Origin: Candidatus Saccharimonadota bacterium | Lineage (GTDB): Archaea > Micrarchaeota > Micrarchaeia > Micrarchaeales > Micrarchaeaceae | DNA: 32,000 bases | Reading direction: 5' to 3' | NCBI RefSeq assembly: GCF_002214165.1 | Contig: NZ_CP019964.1 | Location: 600,001 to 632,000, forward strand | Shown: piece after piece, positions 23,426 through 32,000 of the stretch | Layout: each line of letters opens with the position of its first letter | How positions within the stretch are numbered: the stretch's first letter is position 1 | Program-made: the position numbers and the translations under genes | The notes under the pieces: model-generated | What the model was told of the DNA's origin: nothing | The model's database searches: none | Seen by the model: the letters and a program-made list of their open reading frames with translations, nothing else

Positions 23426-24772
23426 GTGACCATGTACAATGGCTTGGTAAAGGAGCTTCTTGATAAAAATGGCTTAAAGATAGGAGACTTTGCTCTAATT
23501 GAATTTGGCAATTCAAAGGAGGTGGTAAAGATACTGCCGAATTCCGAATTCACGGAGAAAGGGATATTGGTAGTCAAGCTTGAAAGCGGATACAACTTCG
23601 GAATATCTGTCGATGAGATAGATAGTATAGAGAAGGCGGAGCACAAGGAGAAATCTGATGATCCTTCTGAATCGGAATTGCAGAGTATTGAATTGAACAA
23701 AGATCTACCCCAAGTATCTATAATATATACTGGGGGCACCATAGGGAGCAAGCTCGATTACAGGACTGGGGGGGTGCATATGCTTCTGAAGCCGGAGGAG
23801 CTTATAGCCAACGTCCCCGAGCTATCTAATATAGCAATGCTACATCCGGTGCACCTCTTCAGCATAGCAAGCGAGGACATGACATACCTTGAATGGCAGC
23901 GGATAGCAAGCACTGTTGCAGAAGAGATAAAGGGCGGAAGCAGAGGAGTTGTCATAACAATAGGAACGGACACGATGCATTATGTCTCATCTGCCTTAAG
24001 CTTTATGCTCAAAGGCCTCAATGCACCTGTTGTATTTACCGGATCGCAAAGAAGCAGCGACAGGGGGTCCAGCGACTCATTCATGAACCTCATATGCTCG
24101 GTGCGCATAGCAGCTGAATCGGACATAGCGGAGGTGGGCATCTGCATGCACAAGGACAGCTCCGATGACTACTGCCAATTGATAAGAGGAACGAAGGCAA
24201 GGAAGATGAACACGAGCAGGAGGGATGCATTCAGGCCAATAAACGACCTGCCTATAGCGCATCTTGGCATAAAAGGGGAGATACATTACGACAGCGATTA
24301 CAACAAAGTCAAAAGTTCGGCCGAAGGGATAACCATTATGGACAAGTTCTCAGATAAGGTAGCGCTGCTTAAGGTATACCCTAATTCCGATCCTGACATA
24401 ATAAATTATTACAAAAATAAAGGCTACAAAGGGATAATAATAGAGGGCACAGGGCTCGGACATACTTCGGTATCGGGAAGGCCTGAAAAATCATATTTGA
24501 ATAACATAAAGGAAGCGATTGATTCCGGCATGATAATAGGGATGACCTCGCAATGCCTATATGGAAGGGTAAACTCCAAGGTTTACACAAACCTGAGGCT
24601 CCTCAGCAATGCCGGAGTCGTATACTGCGAGGACATGACACCGGAAACCGCATACATAAAGCTTGGATGGCTGCTGGGAAATTACAATAGGGATGAAGCA
24701 AGGCAGCTGCTTAACAAGAACATAGCCGGAGAGATAAGGGACAGGACCCTTTACGATGAATTTCTCATATAG
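23426..24772 (+). CDS. gatD: Glu-tRNA(Gln) amidotransferase subunit D
   Basis: 448 aa. Asparaginase-type 'IIYTGGTIGS', 'ITIGTDTM', 'VVFTGSQRSSDRGSSD' and 'IIEGTGLGH'. It is followed after 8 nt by gatE. Confidence 0.9.
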   Translation: MTMYNGLVKELLDKNGLKIGDFALIEFGNSKEVVKILPNSEFTEKGILVVKLESGYNFGISVDEIDSIEKAEHKEKSDDPSESELQSIELNKDLPQVSIIYTGGTIGSKLDYRTGGVHMLLKPEELIANVPELSNIAMLHPVHLFSIASEDMTYLEWQRIASTVAEEIKGGSRGVVITIGTDTMHYVSSALSFMLKGLNAPVVFTGSQRSSDRGSSDSFMNLICSVRIAAESDIAEVGICMHKDSSDDYCQLIRGTKARKMNTSRRDAFRPINDLPIAHLGIKGEIHYDSDYNKVKSSAEGITIMDKFSDKVALLKVYPNSDPDIINYYKNKGYKGIIIEGTGLGHTSVSGRPEKSYLNNIKEAIDSGMIIGMTSQCLYGRVNSKVYTNLRLLSNAGVVYCEDMTPETAYIKLGWLLGNYNRDEARQLLNKNIAGEIRDRTLYDEFLI

Positions 24773-24780
24773 ATGATCAA

Positions 24781-26655
24781 ATGGATGAAGATTATTACAA
24801 GTCTATAGGATTCATGTGCGGCCTTGAGATACACCAGAGGCTCAACACAAAAGAGAAGCTTTTCTGCTCGTGCACCTCGAAGCCTATCGATGATGATGAA
24901 AAGCCGGAGGCGAGCATCACAAGGTACCAGCGCGCGGTCGCGGGAGAGTTGGGAAAGATAGACGCGGCAGCAAAGATAGAGGAAGGGAAGAAGAAAGCAT
25001 ACCATTACAACGTATTCAAGGACAATACCTGCCTTGTCGACATAGATGAAGAGCCGCCGCACCAGATGAACGGCGAGGCATTGGGAATTGCATTGTCATT
25101 GGCGGCCGCATTTAAAATGCATATATTCAAGGAGCTGGAGCCGATGAGGAAGGAGGTTGTTGATGGAAGCAACACGAGCGCATTCCAGAGGACCACGATT
25201 GTGGGATTGGATGGCAGGATAAAGGTCAACGGCCATGATGTGCTCATACCTTCGATGATGCTTGAGGAGGAATCCGCAGGAATTGTCTCAAATGGGGATG
25301 ACGAGGCTGTGTTCAACACGGACAGGCTTGGCATACCTTTGGTGGAGATAGATACGGACCCTTATATAAGGAGCCCCGCGGAGGCAAAGGATGTGGCCTC
25401 ATACATTGGGATGCTGCTCAGGATAACAGGAAAGGTCCAAAGGGGCATAGGCACTATAAGGCAGGATGTAAACGTCTCTATAAAAGGAGGGGCAAGGGTT
25501 GAGATAAAGGGATTCCAGGATCTCGGAAGCATGGACAGGTACATAGAGAACGAGATAGAGAGGCAGAGGAGCCTTATATTGGTAAAGGGGGAGCTTGCAA
25601 AAATCGACTGGAAGCCTGAATTCGGCAATTTCGAGGATTTGACAGACTTATTCGTGGGCACAAGCTCGCGCTTGATAAAAGCGTCTCTTGAAAAGAACGG
25701 ATCGGTAATCGCGGTGAACGTGAAAGGATTCAAAGGTTACTTGGGCAAGGAGATCAATCCCGACAGAAGGCTCGGAAGCGAGGTGAGCGACTACGCAAAG
25801 CTTGCAGGCGTGAAAGGATTGATACATGCGGATGAGGATTTAAAATCGAAATATGGATTATCGGATTCCGAGATATCGGCAATCAGGGGCAGGCTCAACA
25901 TTAAAGATGATGATTCGTTCATAATGGTAACAGCGCCCAAGGCGAAAGCGGAAAAGGCATTGGATTATGCGCTTGGGAGGATAGCATATTTCGCGAAAGG
26001 CGTTCCTCCTGAAACAAGGTCCGTATACGATGACAAGCTTTATACGACAAGATTCATGAGGCCAATAGCGGGAGGCTCAAGGATGTACCCCGAAACAGAT
26101 GCAAAGCCAATACTTGTTACCGAAGAGATGATAAAGCAGGCGGAAGAATCGAAGCCCAATCTCGAAAACGCGATAAATGAGCTGGAGGATGCGATAAAAG
26201 ACGAAGCATTGGTCAAAAATCTCCTGCTTTCGCCAAGATATCCGCTATACAAGGAGATATCGTCATCCATTGACGTAGACAAAAAGATAATAGCCGACAT
26301 CCTCATGCAAAAATTCACTGAGATGAAAAGAGAAGGCATTGACGTGGACAGCATGAGCGATGGCACCCTGAAGTCGATATTCGAGATATACAAGGAGGGT
26401 AAGCTGACAAAGAGGGGGATTGTGCAGATGGTCAGGGCGGCAGCCGAAGAATCCCCTTCCGCGGACAAAGGCGATCTTTACAGGATCGCTGAGGAAAGGA
26501 AGCTGAGGAAGCTCAGCAAAGATGAGCTTCTTGGGATAGTGAAGGAATTCAAGGAGAAGGGAAGCAAAAATGTGCTCGCGTCGATAATGAAAGACCATAA
26601 TATTGATGTGGAGGCAGAAGAACTGCGGGACCTGCTAAATAATAGCAAGGTTTAA
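24781..26655 (+). CDS. gatE: Glu-tRNA(Gln) amidotransferase subunit E
   Basis: 624 aa. 'GFMCGLEIHQRLNTKEKLFCSC', 'NTCLVDIDEEPP', 'LGIPLVEIDTDP' and 'GTIRQDVNVSI'. The insertion domain and C-terminal helical tail are typical of GatE. Confidence 0.9.
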   Translation: MDEDYYKSIGFMCGLEIHQRLNTKEKLFCSCTSKPIDDDEKPEASITRYQRAVAGELGKIDAAAKIEEGKKKAYHYNVFKDNTCLVDIDEEPPHQMNGEALGIALSLAAAFKMHIFKELEPMRKEVVDGSNTSAFQRTTIVGLDGRIKVNGHDVLIPSMMLEEESAGIVSNGDDEAVFNTDRLGIPLVEIDTDPYIRSPAEAKDVASYIGMLLRITGKVQRGIGTIRQDVNVSIKGGARVEIKGFQDLGSMDRYIENEIERQRSLILVKGELAKIDWKPEFGNFEDLTDLFVGTSSRLIKASLEKNGSVIAVNVKGFKGYLGKEINPDRRLGSEVSDYAKLAGVKGLIHADEDLKSKYGLSDSEISAIRGRLNIKDDDSFIMVTAPKAKAEKALDYALGRIAYFAKGVPPETRSVYDDKLYTTRFMRPIAGGSRMYPETDAKPILVTEEMIKQAEESKPNLENAINELEDAIKDEALVKNLLLSPRYPLYKEISSSIDVDKKIIADILMQKFTEMKREGIDVDSMSDGTLKSIFEIYKEGKLTKRGIVQMVRAAAEESPSADKGDLYRIAEERKLRKLSKDELLGIVKEFKEKGSKNVLASIMKDHNIDVEAEELRDLLNNSKV

Positions 26656-26666
26656 ATACTTTAAAT
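26650..26666 (+). promoter_or_regulatory. GTTTAAATACTTTAAAT motif upstream of pilin A (overlaps gatE stop)
   Basis: A tandem TTTAAAT TATA-like box lies 28-44 nt upstream of ATG 26694. An almost identical motif (CGTTTAAATAGTTTAAAT) lies upstream of pilin B. Confidence 0.35.
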
Positions 26667-26693
26667 TTAAGAATTATATGAGTGGTGGATAGA

Positions 26694-27308
26694 ATGACCA
26701 AAAATTTCAAAGCGCAAAGCGCTATGGAATATCTGATGACTTATGGTTGGGCAATATTGATTATTGCAATAGTACTTGCGGCACTGTACATACTTGGAGT
26801 GTTCAATGGTTCTGCGTTCATAGGGACAACGTGCACAGCAACATCTGGAGCACTATGTACATCTCCTATAGCTTCGCCGAGCACATTTTCAGTGACATTA
26901 GGGCAGGTTAGCACGACCGATTGGGCAGCAACAACGTTCGCGTTTGTGCCAACAGGATCTGTGATGCCAGCAACAACAAGTATGACTTCATACCCTGCTA
27001 ATTCAGTGCTGGGTGTTCCTTCAGGCACAGTAAATGATATAATACCGTATGCGGGTGGTACTAGTGGTGATGTACCTGGTGCATCTTCAATGACAAGTGG
27101 ATTTACAACAACAGTAACTTTTGATGCAGCTACAGATTGCTTAACCTCACAGGACAATAATGCTATAAGCAAATGCAGCAGCATACCAAGTGCAGTAGGA
27201 TCAACAACATCTGGAGAGATCTGGGCAATATACACACTGCCTACAACAAATGATTCATCTCCTTTCTATGCACAGGAACTTGGAAAGGCAACAATGAAGA
27301 TATCCTGA
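26694..27308 (+). CDS. Type IV pilin-like protein (class III signal peptide), paralog A
   Basis: MTKNFKA|QSAMEYLMTYGWAILIIAIVLAALY, followed by a Thr/Ser/Gly-rich globular part with 4 Cys. ATG 26694 is preferred over GTG 26682 by analogy with paralog B (MEKNFKAQSAMEYL). Confidence 0.7.
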   Translation: MTKNFKAQSAMEYLMTYGWAILIIAIVLAALYILGVFNGSAFIGTTCTATSGALCTSPIASPSTFSVTLGQVSTTDWAATTFAFVPTGSVMPATTSMTSYPANSVLGVPSGTVNDIIPYAGGTSGDVPGASSMTSGFTTTVTFDAATDCLTSQDNNAISKCSSIPSAVGSTTSGEIWAIYTLPTTNDSSPFYAQELGKATMKIS

Positions 27309-27338
27309 TTTGATATCTTCTTTTTATTTTTTTATTTG
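27297..27338 (+). terminator. Stop-codon-spanning hairpin plus T-run after pilin A
   Basis: aagatatc (27297-27304) / ctgattt / gatatctt (27312-27319) is a perfect 8-bp stem, followed by CTTTTTATTTTTTTATTT. Confidence 0.5.
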
Positions 27339-27424
27339 AATTTTGATTAACTACTATTTCTTTTAAGCTTGTTTTATTGATGCTTTATTGATACTCGATC
27401 ATTAGCAGATAGTTTAATAACAAA

Positions 27425-27442
27425 CGTTTAAATAGTTTAAAT
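27425..27442 (+). promoter_or_regulatory. CGTTTAAATAGTTTAAAT motif upstream of pilin B
   Basis: It matches the 26650-26666 motif at all but one position. A second TATA-like TCATTTAAAA lies at 27461-27470. Confidence 0.35.
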
Positions 27443-27483
27443 GCGGTTTATCCTAATCCTTCATTTAAAATGGTTGTGGTAAT

Positions 27484-28086
27484 ATGGAAAAAAATTTCAA
27501 AGCGCAAAGCGCTATGGAATATCTGATGACATATGGTTGGGCAATATTGATTGTTGCGATAGTGCTGGCAGCACTTTATGTGCTTGGCGTATTCAATGGG
27601 TCAACTTTTGTAGGCACATCCTGTTCTCCTGCTTACGGTGCATTGTGCACATCCCCTATAGCAGCACCTTATAATTTCTCTGTTTCATTGACAAATATAG
27701 GCCAGACAGATTGGGCAGCTACGACCTTGGCGTTTGTGCCTTCAAGCTCTATAATGCCCGCTACCGAGAATATGCTCTCTTACCCTGATGGCTCGGTTAT
27801 TGGGAACGTCATAAGCCTTAACGGCGGAAACTTCGATGGTGCACAGGGAGCCACAGCCATGAAATCAGGATTTCCAACTAAAGTATTCTTCAATGATGAC
27901 CCATCAAGCGATGACTGCATAGAAGGCAATGCACTTTCCAGTTGCCCTAAAGTGGGAAGCATACCTGGAGGTATAGGTTCAACGACTTCCGGAGAGATCT
28001 GGGCAATATACACACTGCAGGCAACCAATAATACTGCCCCATATTATGCTGTAGAGGTGGCGAAGGTTACAATGAAGATATCCTGA
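27484..28086 (+). CDS. Type IV pilin-like protein (class III signal peptide), paralog B
   Basis: MEKNFKA|QSAMEYLMTYGWAILIVAIVLAALY. The C-terminus 'GSTTSGEIWAIYTLQATNN...VTMKIS' is shared with paralog A. Confidence 0.7.
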   Translation: MEKNFKAQSAMEYLMTYGWAILIVAIVLAALYVLGVFNGSTFVGTSCSPAYGALCTSPIAAPYNFSVSLTNIGQTDWAATTLAFVPSSSIMPATENMLSYPDGSVIGNVISLNGGNFDGAQGATAMKSGFPTKVFFNDDPSSDDCIEGNALSSCPKVGSIPGGIGSTTSGEIWAIYTLQATNNTAPYYAVEVAKVTMKIS

Positions 28087-28116
28087 TTTGATATCTTCCT
28101 TTTTTATTTTTTATTT
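28075..28116 (+). terminator. Stop-codon-spanning hairpin plus T-run after pilin B
   Basis: Same aagatatc/ctgattt/gatatctt hairpin as after pilin A (offset 778 bp), followed by CCTTTTTTATTTTTTATTT. Confidence 0.5.
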
Positions 28117-28193
28117 GAGATTTGGATGGCAGTTAATTCTTTCTGCTTGCTCATAAAATTTATATTTGTTTAACACTAATACTAATTGATCCG

Positions 28194-29435
28194 ATGGATA
28201 TTGATGAGCTTTATAGGTTTGATTCTCTTGACGAGTTCTATGGCAACAAGGAGTCTATCGACTCTATAACCTTATACTTAAAGAACTTCTCTCCAAAGGA
28301 GAAGAGAAAGCCCCTTCTTGTATACGGGCCCACAGGCACTGGAAAGACCTCTATAGTCAAATTCTTGGCTGAAAAGCTTGGCTACAATATAATAAACTTG
28401 GATGCGAGCGATTACAGGGACAAGGATTCTATTGAGAAGCAGCTCTTCTACGCTTCCAATTCAATGTCCCTATCGAATAAGAGGAATATGATACTTCTTG
28501 ATGAAATAGACAATCTTGACCTAAAATTCGACAAAGGAGCATCATCTGCAATAACCGAACTTATAAAGATATCTGTAAGCCCTATAATATTCATAGCAAA
28601 CGATGCATATGATAAAGGCATATCATTCCTCAGAGACAAGGCAGACAAGGTTGAATTCAAAAAACTTAATGAGATCAATATCAGGAAGCTACTTTCGGGC
28701 AAAGCGGATAAATTCGGAATAAGGCCTAAATCGGAATTGATAGATTATATAGCAAAAGCCGTAAATGGAGATGCAAGAGCCGCAATCAATGATCTTTATG
28801 CCGTGTATGCGGGCGGTATTGAAGATGACGGAGAATATGACGGCTACAATGTTGTCGGCCTAAGGGACAAGACGGATGACATCTTCTCTTTCCTGAACAA
28901 GGTTTTCTCCTCAATCACATTCTCGAGTCCGCTCCATGCCCTTTCGCTCATAGACCTGACTCCTGATATGACGATGCAATGGCTGGCTGAGAATATACCC
29001 AAGATATATAAGGGAAATGACCTTGCATCCGCATTCAATATGCTATCGCTTGCCACTGTGTACAATTCGAGAGCAGTGAGAAGGCAGCATTATGCTTATT
29101 GGAGATATATGAACATCTTTATGACAAGCGGTGTAGCCCTTTCAAAAAGCAGGTATTATACCTCAAACTCCCGCTACTCCTATCCAAAGATGATAAAGGA
29201 GAGGGGGATTAGGAAGGATTCAAATGCCAAGATGAATGAGATATCTATTGATCTAAAGCATATGATAAATGAGAGCGTCTTCACAATAAAGGAGTACTAC
29301 CTTCCTCTTATTAAGGAGATGATAAGGTCAAATTCAAAAGATGGTATTTTGGATCCAGAGTCCTATGAATTTTTTTCGAGGAAGTATGGGCTGAATGCAA
29401 AGGAAGTCGATTGGATCAAGGACAACAGCTTATGA
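28194..29435 (+). CDS. rfcL: Replication factor C large subunit (clamp loader)
   Basis: 413 aa. Walker A 'LLVYGPTGTGKTS', 'NLDASDYRDKDSI', Walker B 'ILLDEIDNL', 'PIIFIANDAYD' and sensor-2 region 'NGDARAAINDLY'. ATAAAATTTATATTT box at 28153-28167. Confidence 0.8.
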   Translation: MDIDELYRFDSLDEFYGNKESIDSITLYLKNFSPKEKRKPLLVYGPTGTGKTSIVKFLAEKLGYNIINLDASDYRDKDSIEKQLFYASNSMSLSNKRNMILLDEIDNLDLKFDKGASSAITELIKISVSPIIFIANDAYDKGISFLRDKADKVEFKKLNEINIRKLLSGKADKFGIRPKSELIDYIAKAVNGDARAAINDLYAVYAGGIEDDGEYDGYNVVGLRDKTDDIFSFLNKVFSSITFSSPLHALSLIDLTPDMTMQWLAENIPKIYKGNDLASAFNMLSLATVYNSRAVRRQHYAYWRYMNIFMTSGVALSKSRYYTSNSRYSYPKMIKERGIRKDSNAKMNEISIDLKHMINESVFTIKEYYLPLIKEMIRSNSKDGILDPESYEFFSRKYGLNAKEVDWIKDNSL

Positions 29436-29457
29436 CCGCTTATTATGGATGGACTCT

Positions 29458-30879
29458 TTAATCATGCTTGCCGCCCTCATTTGGTAAGTCATCAAGTTTA
29501 GATATTATCATTTCTATTGTTTTCTCAAGGCTGCCCTCCTCTGGCTTCACCTTTATGCTGGCAGCCTCGTTGTGCCCTCCCCCATTGCATATTAAATCCT
29601 CATCTTCAAGCTCTTTTATTACCTTTAGGAGCTGCACCCTTTCGACAAGGCTGTCGCTAACCCTTATTGAGATGTATTTGCTGAAGTAGACCATTGTGAC
29701 GTTGCCTCCATGGTTAAGCTCCTCAAGCCTGTCGTGAAGCTTTGTCGTATACCTTCCATGCTTCATGTAGTCGTAGTTCCTTTCGTCTATGAACTTGTAG
29801 TCCATTGTATACACGATTGTGCCATCCTTAAGTACATGCTTCCTTGACCTTTTTACCCCTATATCGAGTGATTCGTTAAGCTCGGATATTGCTTTGTTCA
29901 AGACATACTCAAAACCGGCTTTGTCCTCTATTATACCAATCATATAAGCGGGGGATATCCTGTTGTAATTGTCGTAGAACTCGTTTACTGTGAGTGCATC
30001 AAGAACGGTGGCAAGGTCGTTTGATGCTTTGTCGTTGAGGTCCGCGAAATTGCTATGGTCACTTATAAGCGAAGCGCCTTCCAGATTATTGTATCTCTCG
30101 CCCGCTATCATTGATGCAAATTCGGCTGTAAGGAATCCAGCGGTCACATTTGAATCCATTCCATACATCCACGGGTTTATGTAAAGCTTGATATTTTCGA
30201 TTGGAAATCCTTCATATATGGGATGGTGCTCCAGCCAGATTACATTTTCCGTGAACTCTTTTATTGCAGGTTCGCTTTCGGGAGTTGTGCCAAAATCAGT
30301 AAGAAGTATAATGGGCTTTTCTATCGATTCAAAACTTTGCACATATGACCTGTCTATGTTGTAAATCCAAGGGCTGTAACCCACACCTTTGTTAGGGCTC
30401 CATATGACATTTGGCCGTTTTATCCCAAATATGTTCCCTATCGCTCCAAATGCTTTATAGAGTGCGATTGCCCCTGAAGCTCCGTCCCCGTCCATATGGA
30501 ATCTGACCGCCATTGGAGCCCCTGACAGCAAAGACCTTACAACCATATTGGAGGCTTCTTTAAGTGGCTTCTCCATCTTCTTTATATTCTTGTCATCCGG
30601 ATTCATCCCATGTATTTGGCCCGACAGTGCAGATAACACTTCCTCGTAATATTCTTTTGTGGCTGCGCCTATCGTATCTATAGATCCGTCCTCCGGATCA
30701 TAATTTAACTTGTCATAAAGCTTGTATCCCGATTTGGCCTTGAACATGAATATGCTATGGGAATTGATGGCTGTATAGTAGCAGTCATCATATCTTGGAT
30801 TTGACTTTATTGATGTTATTATCACTTCTTCATTTGACATAAGATCACTTAAAATTTGTTTATCTGCCTTCTTGTTCAC
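29458..30879 (-). CDS. RecJ/Cdc45-like DHH-family protein (GAN/RecJ homolog)
   Basis: 473 aa. DHH motif I 'RFHMDGDGASGA', motif II 'LLTDFGT', motif III as 'WLEHHP' (EHH instead of DHH), and DHHA1 'GGGHNEAAS'. GTG start at 30879 overlaps the upstream stop (GTGA). Confidence 0.7.
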   Translation of the reverse strand: MNKKADKQILSDLMSNEEVIITSIKSNPRYDDCYYTAINSHSIFMFKAKSGYKLYDKLNYDPEDGSIDTIGAATKEYYEEVLSALSGQIHGMNPDDKNIKKMEKPLKEASNMVVRSLLSGAPMAVRFHMDGDGASGAIALYKAFGAIGNIFGIKRPNVIWSPNKGVGYSPWIYNIDRSYVQSFESIEKPIILLTDFGTTPESEPAIKEFTENVIWLEHHPIYEGFPIENIKLYINPWMYGMDSNVTAGFLTAEFASMIAGERYNNLEGASLISDHSNFADLNDKASNDLATVLDALTVNEFYDNYNRISPAYMIGIIEDKAGFEYVLNKAISELNESLDIGVKRSRKHVLKDGTIVYTMDYKFIDERNYDYMKHGRYTTKLHDRLEELNHGGNVTMVYFSKYISIRVSDSLVERVQLLKVIKELEDEDLICNGGGHNEAASIKVKPEEGSLEKTIEMIISKLDDLPNEGGKHD

Positions 30880-31940
30880 TTGATTTCATTGCATTTTGAC
30901 TTCAATGTAGCATTAGTTACATACCTGCAATAGCTATAGTTCTTTGTTTCATTCGCAAGGTTATAGTATTCCTCTGATATACATACGCTGTGCAGCAGGG
31001 ACGGCACATCGGCACAGGTCTCGTTTATCTCGGTTGAGTTTATCAAAGTGGGCGTTGTCACATTATAGCTGCACAAGTATGATAGCGAGCTTGGTATATC
31101 GCTGCACAGCGACCTGTTGTTCGTGAGCTCGAAAAGTGATACATAGCAGAGGCTCCTATCGTTTACGATATGGTTTTGGTCCAGATAAAGTGAATCCCCC
31201 TCAAGATTATAGTCCGCGCTTTTATTTAATGGTAGCATCTCAAGGAGATTTGACAAAGGAACCGATGTATTGTCCGGAAGGTAGCTGCAGTATTCCGGCA
31301 CGTTATCGTAGATTGCGGACTTGAAGTAATATTCATTATAGCATAGGGATTTGTTTGCATCCCCTAACAGGTAGCTGCAGTATTTGTCATCGGTCTGGTT
31401 TGATATTAGTTCAAGTTTGGAGGCACATTCGGATCTTAAGGTCGCATTGCTGTTTGAAAGGCATATGTTTGAATTTGAGGCATTTGTGAAAGAGTAAACG
31501 CAGTTCTGGTAAGCCGTTGAAGAGGTGTTTACAAGGCCGCAGTAAGAGATGTTCTTGGTTTTGTTAGCTATATTTAGGTAACATCCCTGAACACTTGAAT
31601 TTGGAAGGAGCCTGCATATAGAGGCGTTTGCTTCAGATGCTGCGAGGTTCTCAAGGCATTGGTCTTGGTTCAGAAGCTTGCTCTCACATCCTTTTACAGT
31701 ATTTGGATTTGCCCTTGATGCCAAGGATGAGAACAGCAAAGTTACTATTATAAGTAGGGCTAGCAGTATTATTATAATAAAGTATTTTTCTTTCTGCTTC
31801 AGCACGATTTTGACATTGTTCTTATTCCCATCTGCACTCGCATTCTTTTTTTTGGAATCTGTGTCTGGTGCATTTGCACCTGCCTTGGTCTTGCTGTTAT
31901 TGCTCCCCGAATTAGAAACTTTGTCCATATTTTTAATCAT
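30876..31940 (-). CDS. Cysteine-repeat, sequon-rich surface protein with N-terminal membrane anchor
   Basis: 354 aa. K/N-rich N-terminal tail, one TM helix (YFIIIILLALLIIVTLLFSSLA), then 18 Cys arranged as about nine C-x(8-14)-C pairs (e.g. CESKLLNQDQC, CSYLLGDANKSLC, CRYVTNATLKSKC) and about 18 N-x-S/T sequons. Confidence 0.6.
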   Translation of the reverse strand: MIKNMDKVSNSGSNNSKTKAGANAPDTDSKKKNASADGNKNNVKIVLKQKEKYFIIIILLALLIIVTLLFSSLASRANPNTVKGCESKLLNQDQCLENLAASEANASICRLLPNSSVQGCYLNIANKTKNISYCGLVNTSSTAYQNCVYSFTNASNSNICLSNSNATLRSECASKLELISNQTDDKYCSYLLGDANKSLCYNEYYFKSAIYDNVPEYCSYLPDNTSVPLSNLLEMLPLNKSADYNLEGDSLYLDQNHIVNDRSLCYVSLFELTNNRSLCSDIPSSLSYLCSYNVTTPTLINSTEINETCADVPSLLHSVCISEEYYNLANETKNYSYCRYVTNATLKSKCNEIK

Positions 31941-32000
31941 CCTAAATCATTAAAAACAAAAGAAATGACTGTTCACGACAATCCTTGACTTTCTGGGGTG

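Noticed and set aside
26741-27235. 164-aa minus-strand ORF antisense to pilin A (and the 82-aa equivalent at 27780-28028)
   Set aside because: This is a consequence of the Thr/Ser/Ala/Gly codon bias of the pilin core. It has no start context and no motifs, and the two antisense ORFs are not conserved with each other in length.

Overview
Densely coded archaeal chromosomal segment: 31 protein genes called, and no rRNA, tRNA or CRISPR array found by eye. Archaeal origin is supported by aEF-1beta, GatD/GatE, RFC large subunit, a RecJ/Cdc45-like DHH protein, an archaeal-type MiaB-like enzyme, class III (type IV pilin-like) signal peptides, and AT-rich TATA-like boxes about 25-35 nt upstream of many starts. 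Divergent housekeeping proteins plus a cytochrome bd oxidase hint at a small-genome Thermoplasmata- or Micrarchaeota-like lineage, but this is a guess. Housekeeping content: GHMP kinase fragment, Zn-ribbon + aEF-1beta, Bcp peroxiredoxin, Memo-like AmrB, Y-family polymerase, thioredoxin reductase, MBL/beta-CASP-like nuclease, cydAB, ABC-2 exporter pair, IleRS, MiaB-like methylthiotransferase, GatDE, RFC-L, RecJ-like. Unusual content: (1) A TnpB-only IS200/IS605-type element (about 15433-16798) has matching subterminal hairpins. It appears to sit 3-4 codons inside an EF-Tu/SelB-like pseudo-GTPase gene, cutting it off from a candidate start codon and TATA box. (2) A tandem 937-bp duplication of a pilin-LamG fusion gene shows 738 bp of perfect identity that ends abruptly in a mismatch-dense patch. 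(3) A second pilin pair has near-identical 5' and 3' ends, promoter motif and terminator hairpin but a divergent core. (4) An extracytoplasmic, sequon-rich Lon-like S16 protease lacks an ATPase module. (5) The IleRS has non-canonical HIGH (GVHH) and KMSKS (EMHRH) motifs. (6) A single-HKD PLD-like protein is interrupted by a transmembrane hairpin. (7) An 18-cysteine repeat surface protein overlaps the RecJ-like gene by 4 nt. No recognisable multi-gene defence or secretion system is present, and all functional calls rest on motif reading only.
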